Source: an uncultured Fibrobacteria bacterium (GTDB lineage: Bacteria; Fibrobacterota; Fibrobacteria; UBA11236). From it: 64,000 bases of DNA. Positions 59,202 to 64,000 of this stretch are shown piece by piece. The notes beneath the pieces were generated by a model. That model had not been told where the DNA came from. It searched no databases and was given only the letters and a program-made list of their open reading frames with translations. The stretch's first letter is position 1; each line of letters starts with the position of its first letter. Where the stretch lies: the NCBI GenBank assembly GCA_963716395.1, contig OY970309.1, forward strand, positions 3,040,001 to 3,104,000, written 5' to 3'. A program made the translations under genes and the position numbers.

Positions 59202-60305
59202 TCAGGGCTGGGCCGAATAACCGGCCACTACGAAATCGCCGGGATTGATCACACCGGGTTGCACGTCTTCGAGCAGCAAGCTGGCCGAGTGGGGGTCGGC
59301 GCGTAAGACCACCGCATCTCCCAGTAGCTTGTCCGTGATGGCGCCGTTGCGATGGTTGAAGACGAAGACGAAGTCTCCAGGTTGGAATCCGCGATCGCTG
59401 CCCCGGTCGATAATGATCTGGGAGAAGGGTTGGGGAATGAAGTTGGGGGGCGTCACCCAGACGATACGTCCGGTGCGCAGCGCCCCGGCGACAGGCGCGA
59501 ATCCCGTGGCGCGCACCGTGGGCAATTCGCCGAGGGGGGCGGCGCGGCTCTGGCGCGAGATGGTTCCGAAGCAACGGATCAGGCTGGCCACCGCGTAGCG
59601 TTCGGCGACCCGTTTGACTTGGGCAATGCCGGAGATGCGCACCAGACGGCCCAAATCCGCCGCACCCGAAAAAGACGCATAGTCGTCGCCCACTTCATAA
59701 ATCTTGAAGAGTTCGCCGGGTTTGACGCCTTGGTTCGAGCCGGCGTCCAAATCGATTTCATCGTAGGGCAACAAGACTGCGGAGGCGGTGATGGTGCGGT
59801 AATGCAGAGAACAATCGCCGGGGAAAATGCCGGTTCGCGCCTGGCGGCCGGTGAGAAAAGGCGCGGTCAGCACCAGATATGGGTGCAGATAGTGGACGGG
59901 GGCCGGGGATTCCGAAGAGCTTTGGTAAGCCGTGGGTAGGGCGGCTTCGGGCTGCGCCGGCGCGCGCGGAGGGGGCGTTTCGGCGGGCAGCAGCGAGCCC
60001 ATTTTGCGCAGAAAAGCCGGTGATGAGGTTTCGCGCTCTTCCCGCACGGGAAAGCGGGGAGCGGTCGTGGCTGCGGACGGAAGCGGAGTACTTGCGCTTT
60101 CCGGAGCGGCTTCCGCCGGGAGATTCGCGGTAAAGGGGTCTTGTGCCTGCACGCTCCAGATCCCCGGATAGCGAAAGGGGTTTTGGGCGGATTGCCGCTC
60201 GATTTTACGAAGGTCATCATCGTTTTTCACATCGTGAACGGTCGTGGCCGACAGCTGCCCCATCATCACCGCCCCGACCAAAAACCAAGAAGAAGGATTT
60301 CGCAT
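59202..60305 (-). CDS. TsaP-like protein (degenerate LysM N-terminus, FlgT-C-like beta domains)
   Basis: Signal peptide; HDVKNDDDL...NPFRYPGIW; IDRGSDRG..PG..F; GDAVVLR....ASLLL. Confidence 0.6.
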   Translation of the reverse strand: MRNPSSWFLVGAVMMGQLSATTVHDVKNDDDLRKIERQSAQNPFRYPGIWSVQAQDPFTANLPAEAAPESASTPLPSAATTAPRFPVREERETSSPAFLRKMGSLLPAETPPPRAPAQPEAALPTAYQSSSESPAPVHYLHPYLVLTAPFLTGRQARTGIFPGDCSLHYRTITASAVLLPYDEIDLDAGSNQGVKPGELFKIYEVGDDYASFSGAADLGRLVRISGIAQVKRVAERYAVASLIRCFGTISRQSRAAPLGELPTVRATGFAPVAGALRTGRIVWVTPPNFIPQPFSQIIIDRGSDRGFQPGDFVFVFNHRNGAITDKLLGDAVVLRADPHSASLLLEDVQPGVINPGDFVVAGYSAQP

Positions 60306-60524
60306 ACCAGCATTTTGCTTTTTAAACCGGCATAAGGCAAGCCTCTTGATGCGGATAACCCGCTTTCTGCGGGAGATGCCGAATTCGGATTCCGGCCCGC
60401 TTGGCAGCCCGTAAATTCGTTGGATTTTCGGCAGGCTTCATCGGCGTTTTCATAACCTGGTTTTCGGGTAGGCTAAGTCCTTTATTTTCATGGTTTTAAT
60501 CCGCCGCCCCCTATAATCCCAGGC

Positions 60525-60803
60525 ATGGACGCAAACCAGGAGGTTCCCGTGCCGGACCTGAAATCTTCCGATCCGATTCGCTATCGGACATCGGGACAAG
60601 TCGCGAAATCCCTGCGGGTTTCGGTTTCGACGCTGAAACGTTGGCTGGAAGAACGTCCCGGGTTGGCGTCTTTCCGCAGCAACGCCAGTGGCTGGCGGCT
60701 TTTCACCGTCGAAGAAATCGAGTCGCTGCGGATCTATCAGCGGCAGAAACGACGTAATGGAAAAACCTTCAAACCCTCGACCTTGAGGCCTGTGGGCGAA
60801 TGA
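60525..60803 (+). CDS. MerR-type HTH DNA-binding protein
   Basis: TSGQVAKSLRVSVSTLKRW...R.ASGWRLFT. Confidence 0.85.
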   Translation: MDANQEVPVPDLKSSDPIRYRTSGQVAKSLRVSVSTLKRWLEERPGLASFRSNASGWRLFTVEEIESLRIYQRQKRRNGKTFKPSTLRPVGE

Positions 60804-62020
60804 AACCAGGCCTTTTGCTGCCACTGCTGCTGGCGGCCTGGCTGTGCCGGGAGCCGGTCTGTGGCGAGTCGGAGCGCTCGCAGGCCGAAGGCTTGCCCGG
60901 AGTCGCGGCGGCGAACACCGTCGGCCTGGGTGACATCTGGGTTACGGCAGGAACCGAAGCGACCATCGAGGTCGATCCCGTTCCGGCGTCAAACCTGCTG
61001 GGATTGGTCGACTCGAATTATCAAAACGATTTGACCCGGCTCATCGGGCCGGAGCGGAAATTGACGCGCACGTTGCGCCTGGTTCCGCATCTCACCGCTA
61101 CGTTCGGCCTGGCGCATTTTATCCAGTTCACGGTGGACGGCGTACCCTGGGACGGCCAGAAGATCGGTACCACCTCGGCCTGGATACAATGCACCCTTCC
61201 CGGCAACGACGGTTTGCGCTTCCTGGGCGCGGCGCTGGCGTTCGGAACCACCCTCTCCACGCAGGAAGACGTGTACGAGCGCAATGTCACCACCCCGGGC
61301 TTTGAACCGATTTTCCACGTGCGCGCTGCGCTCGACGCCGACCTGGTCCGGTACAACACCGCGTATCCCCTCAAGTTTTACCTGAACTACGACAACTTCG
61401 AAGATGAACGCCTGATCCACGCCTATGATCAGAACAAATTCCAGGCCGCGGTGGAATGGAAGGGCTTTTACGGCGGACCGTATGTGCGCTGGGCCGCTTA
61501 TCTGTATCGCCGCCTGCCCACTGTTTTCGATTCGGCCGTCGGGCGCCCCTGGAAACCGCTTTTCCACGATCTGGCCTTGGGCTACCGCTGGATGGCCGGC
61601 GACCGTTTCACCTTCACCGCCGAATTGAGTTTTGATCCGCTCTCGCCCTTCGCCTTTTACCGCGACGAGGCGCGCAAGCCGCCTCAACTTCTGATCCAAG
61701 TCTCGGCGCCCTTGCTGCGCCAGGAAACCCAGGCCGAAGCCTTGCGCGCGTTGTTGTTCACCGAAGCGGAACGCAAACGCCTGCGGACCGCCGCGTTGCG
61801 CCATCCCGCCGGAGAGAAGCCGCCGGACTCGGCCTCGACTGCCTTGCGCGCGGCCGGTCTGCCCGGAAATCTGGATTCGCTCAGCTTATCCAGCCATCCG
61901 CAAGACGCCAAAGAAGCCGAATTGCTGGAAAACATCCTCGGCGATAAAGAAAATGAAATCCGCGCCCGGCGCCAGAAAATCCGCGCTGAGCTGAAAGAAA
62001 TCGAGGCGTTGCTGCCATGA
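60800..62020 (+). CDS. putative outer-membrane beta-barrel protein with C-terminal coiled coil
   Basis: Signal peptide; amphipathic strands; helical charged tail. Confidence 0.6.
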   Translation: MKPGLLLPLLLAAWLCREPVCGESERSQAEGLPGVAAANTVGLGDIWVTAGTEATIEVDPVPASNLLGLVDSNYQNDLTRLIGPERKLTRTLRLVPHLTATFGLAHFIQFTVDGVPWDGQKIGTTSAWIQCTLPGNDGLRFLGAALAFGTTLSTQEDVYERNVTTPGFEPIFHVRAALDADLVRYNTAYPLKFYLNYDNFEDERLIHAYDQNKFQAAVEWKGFYGGPYVRWAAYLYRRLPTVFDSAVGRPWKPLFHDLALGYRWMAGDRFTFTAELSFDPLSPFAFYRDEARKPPQLLIQVSAPLLRQETQAEALRALLFTEAERKRLRTAALRHPAGEKPPDSASTALRAAGLPGNLDSLSLSSHPQDAKEAELLENILGDKENEIRARRQKIRAELKEIEALLP

Positions 62021-63264
62021 TGCGCGGGGCGGGAGTTCGCAGGCGTCTGGGTGCCCTGGCGGGTGTGCTTCCCTTATGGCTGTGCGTTTTCGGAGGTGCG
62101 CAGGACGTGGAACTGCGCGCGCGGCAAGATGGATTGGAGACCTCGTATTCTTCGTCGACGGCCGGTGTAGGCAACGTGCACCTCACGTTGTTCGGACGCA
62201 CTTTCTTGTGGGACAACCAGGCGGCACAGAAAGTCCCGCCTTTTTTGCCGCATGCCGAATTGAATTACGGCGTCACCGACAAGGTGGATATCACCGCGGG
62301 CTTCAACGCCCTCAGCTATGTCTTTCAGCCGGGCTATGCGTATTTGCGCCTCAAAGCCACGCCGCAAAGCAACAAGAACATCCGCTTTCTGGGCGTGGCC
62401 GGAATTCTCGAAGCCGATCACCAGATGTTCAACTTCTTTCCTTCCGACGGCTACCGCGTCCAAAGCGAAGGATTCGGCCCCGAAGGGTTCCTGTTCGGCA
62501 ACGGTGATTTCATCACCTCGATCAAAGCCTTGGCCGCGGTCGATTTGGAACTCATTCGGGTGTCTTCGTATCTGCCGCTAAAGCTGTATTTCAACGCCGG
62601 CTTTGAAGGCGAGTTCTCCTCGTACATCGCCGACGACAATGCCGCGCGCGCCCGGGCGGCGGGGGCCAAGGCCCCGGATCAAAGCTTCGACCGGATTCCG
62701 CTTTCCGCCGGAGTCGAATTCAAAACCTTCGCCACCGACTTTTTCGTCGAAGGCCAGGCGGAGCCCTTTCTTTCCAACCTCATGGCTTTGTCGCGGAGCC
62801 CGATGGGATGGGCGCGCTACCAGGTGGTGGGCAAAACCTTCGACGTCTCGCTGTGGGAAACCCCCATCAATCTGAACCTCGGGGCGCGCATGAAATACGC
62901 CAACGGCCTGGAACTGATGGGCGGGATCTCGTGGCTGCTGAGCCGCGATGTGGGCCCTTCGCTCGGGCCGTGCAATGCGCTGTACAACGCCTGCCGCGAG
63001 GGCGCCACCGACGGATTCTCCCCTTTCTATCCGCAGTGGAAGGTGTTTGCCTTGCTGCGTTATCCGCTGCGGTTCACCCAGCCCAGCAGCGAATTGTACC
63101 GATCGTTTTTATTGCGCCGCTACCAGGATCGCAGCCAGCGCGTGGATTTAAATCGCACCCTGCGCGCCGACGACGATTCGGCCGCCAGCGATGAACAGGT
63201 GCGCGAGCGCCGCCTGGAAGAACGTAGGAGGGAGGCCGATGCCCAGGCCGTCGACCTCAACTGA
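62017..63264 (+). CDS. putative outer-membrane beta-barrel protein with C-terminal coiled coil (paralog of preceding gene)
   Basis: Shares RFLG, D.DL/DLEL, PLK.Y.N and VE.K motifs with 60800..62020. Confidence 0.6.
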   Translation: MMRGAGVRRRLGALAGVLPLWLCVFGGAQDVELRARQDGLETSYSSSTAGVGNVHLTLFGRTFLWDNQAAQKVPPFLPHAELNYGVTDKVDITAGFNALSYVFQPGYAYLRLKATPQSNKNIRFLGVAGILEADHQMFNFFPSDGYRVQSEGFGPEGFLFGNGDFITSIKALAAVDLELIRVSSYLPLKLYFNAGFEGEFSSYIADDNAARARAAGAKAPDQSFDRIPLSAGVEFKTFATDFFVEGQAEPFLSNLMALSRSPMGWARYQVVGKTFDVSLWETPINLNLGARMKYANGLELMGGISWLLSRDVGPSLGPCNALYNACREGATDGFSPFYPQWKVFALLRYPLRFTQPSSELYRSFLLRRYQDRSQRVDLNRTLRADDDSAASDEQVRERRLEERRREADAQAVDLN

Positions 63265-64000
63265 ACGCCGGCACCGCCCGGGTCCGGAGTTCTGGGCCTT
63301 GCTGCTGACGCTGGCGTCGGCGGTGGGGGGAGTTGCGTCCCCGCCGCCCGATACCGCCGCGTCGCCCTGGGGATCGGCGCGGGAATTGGCGGGCCGCCTG
63401 GCGGAGGAGCGCCGCAAGCTCGACGACCTGCGCGAAGGCATCCAGCGGCTGCGCTTCGCGGCCGAAGACCTGCGCGATTTGCAACTCGATGCGCCGGCCG
63501 ATTTGCATTTCCAGGCGGGGGATGCAGCCGCGTTTGATCGCCGCGTCGAAGCCCTGGAAAACGCGACCCGGAAAACCGCGGACCGGGCCGAGGAGCTGGG
63601 GCGCGCGTTGCGCGATGCGATTTTTGTCACGCGCGAAATGGCGCAGGGAATACCCAATCGCGACATGATGAAATTATTGATGACGGACAACGTAAACCGC
63701 ATCGCGGCTTACCTGGCTGTGAACCGAGAAATCCAGGGACGCTGGGATTCGGCGCTGGCCGTGGTGCGCGAAGCGCGCCGACGCAGCGGGATTTCCGCTC
63801 CTCCCAGCACGGGCGGGGCCGAAGACGAGTTTTTCCGGGCCTTACGCGCCAACACGGGCACGGCGGCCGGAGAATTCCAATCCGAATTTCAGGGCTACAA
63901 GGATTCGCTGGCGGCCCGCACCGCGCACCGCGAAGAGTGGGAACAGATGGCGCGTCTCGATCTCTTGCGGGCGGAACAGCGCATTCGGGCCGGAGCCATG
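63239..64000 (+). CDS. secreted coiled-coil protein (runs off right edge)
   Basis: ATG 63239 after GGAGGGAGG; MPRPSTSTERRHRPGPEFWALLLTLASAVGG, then heptad-rich helices; no stop to the window end. Confidence 0.7.
   Translation, partial: MPRPSTSTERRHRPGPEFWALLLTLASAVGGVASPPPDTAASPWGSARELAGRLAEERRKLDDLREGIQRLRFAAEDLRDLQLDAPADLHFQAGDAAAFDRRVEALENATRKTADRAEELGRALRDAIFVTREMAQGIPNRDMMKLLMTDNVNRIAAYLAVNREIQGRWDSALAVVREARRRSGISAPPSTGGAEDEFFRALRANTGTAAGEFQSEFQGYKDSLAARTAHREEWEQMARLDLLRAEQRIRAGAM

Overview
Chromosomal window from a GC-rich diderm bacterium. A Fibrobacterota/FCB-like affinity is inferred from gene content only and is not proven. From left to right it holds: a truncated TPR/DUF3857-like lipoprotein; a diverged T6SS sheath-like gene next to an FHA-lytic transglycosylase; gap-pgk-tpiA-secG-tRNA-Leu, with a kinetoplastid/Treponema-type GAPDH and a eukaryote-type PGK; psd; a [4Fe-4S] HhH-like protein; and an Hc1-like nucleoid protein. 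A ~450-nt highly base-paired intergenic region (candidate new ncRNA) follows. Next is an Agl/Glt-like envelope motor cluster (beta-helix/TSP3/OmpA, barrel-TPR, giant TPR, ExbB, two ExbD, TonB-like) directly upstream of mreBCD-mrdA-rodA-comF, then tRNA-Ser. After that comes a c-type cytochrome cluster ending in a Cyc2-like cytochrome-porin fusion, with a frameshift in its first gene. The rest is an NtrC-type regulator, DUF1080 and MlaD genes, a TetR-controlled ABC/HlyD/TolC efflux operon, long-form ispG, housekeeping genes, pssA, a two-component system, a TsaP-like gene, and a MerR-led operon of tandem barrel-like proteins. No CRISPR array, rRNA, transposase or integrase was seen. All calls rest on motif recognition by eye; no searches were run.
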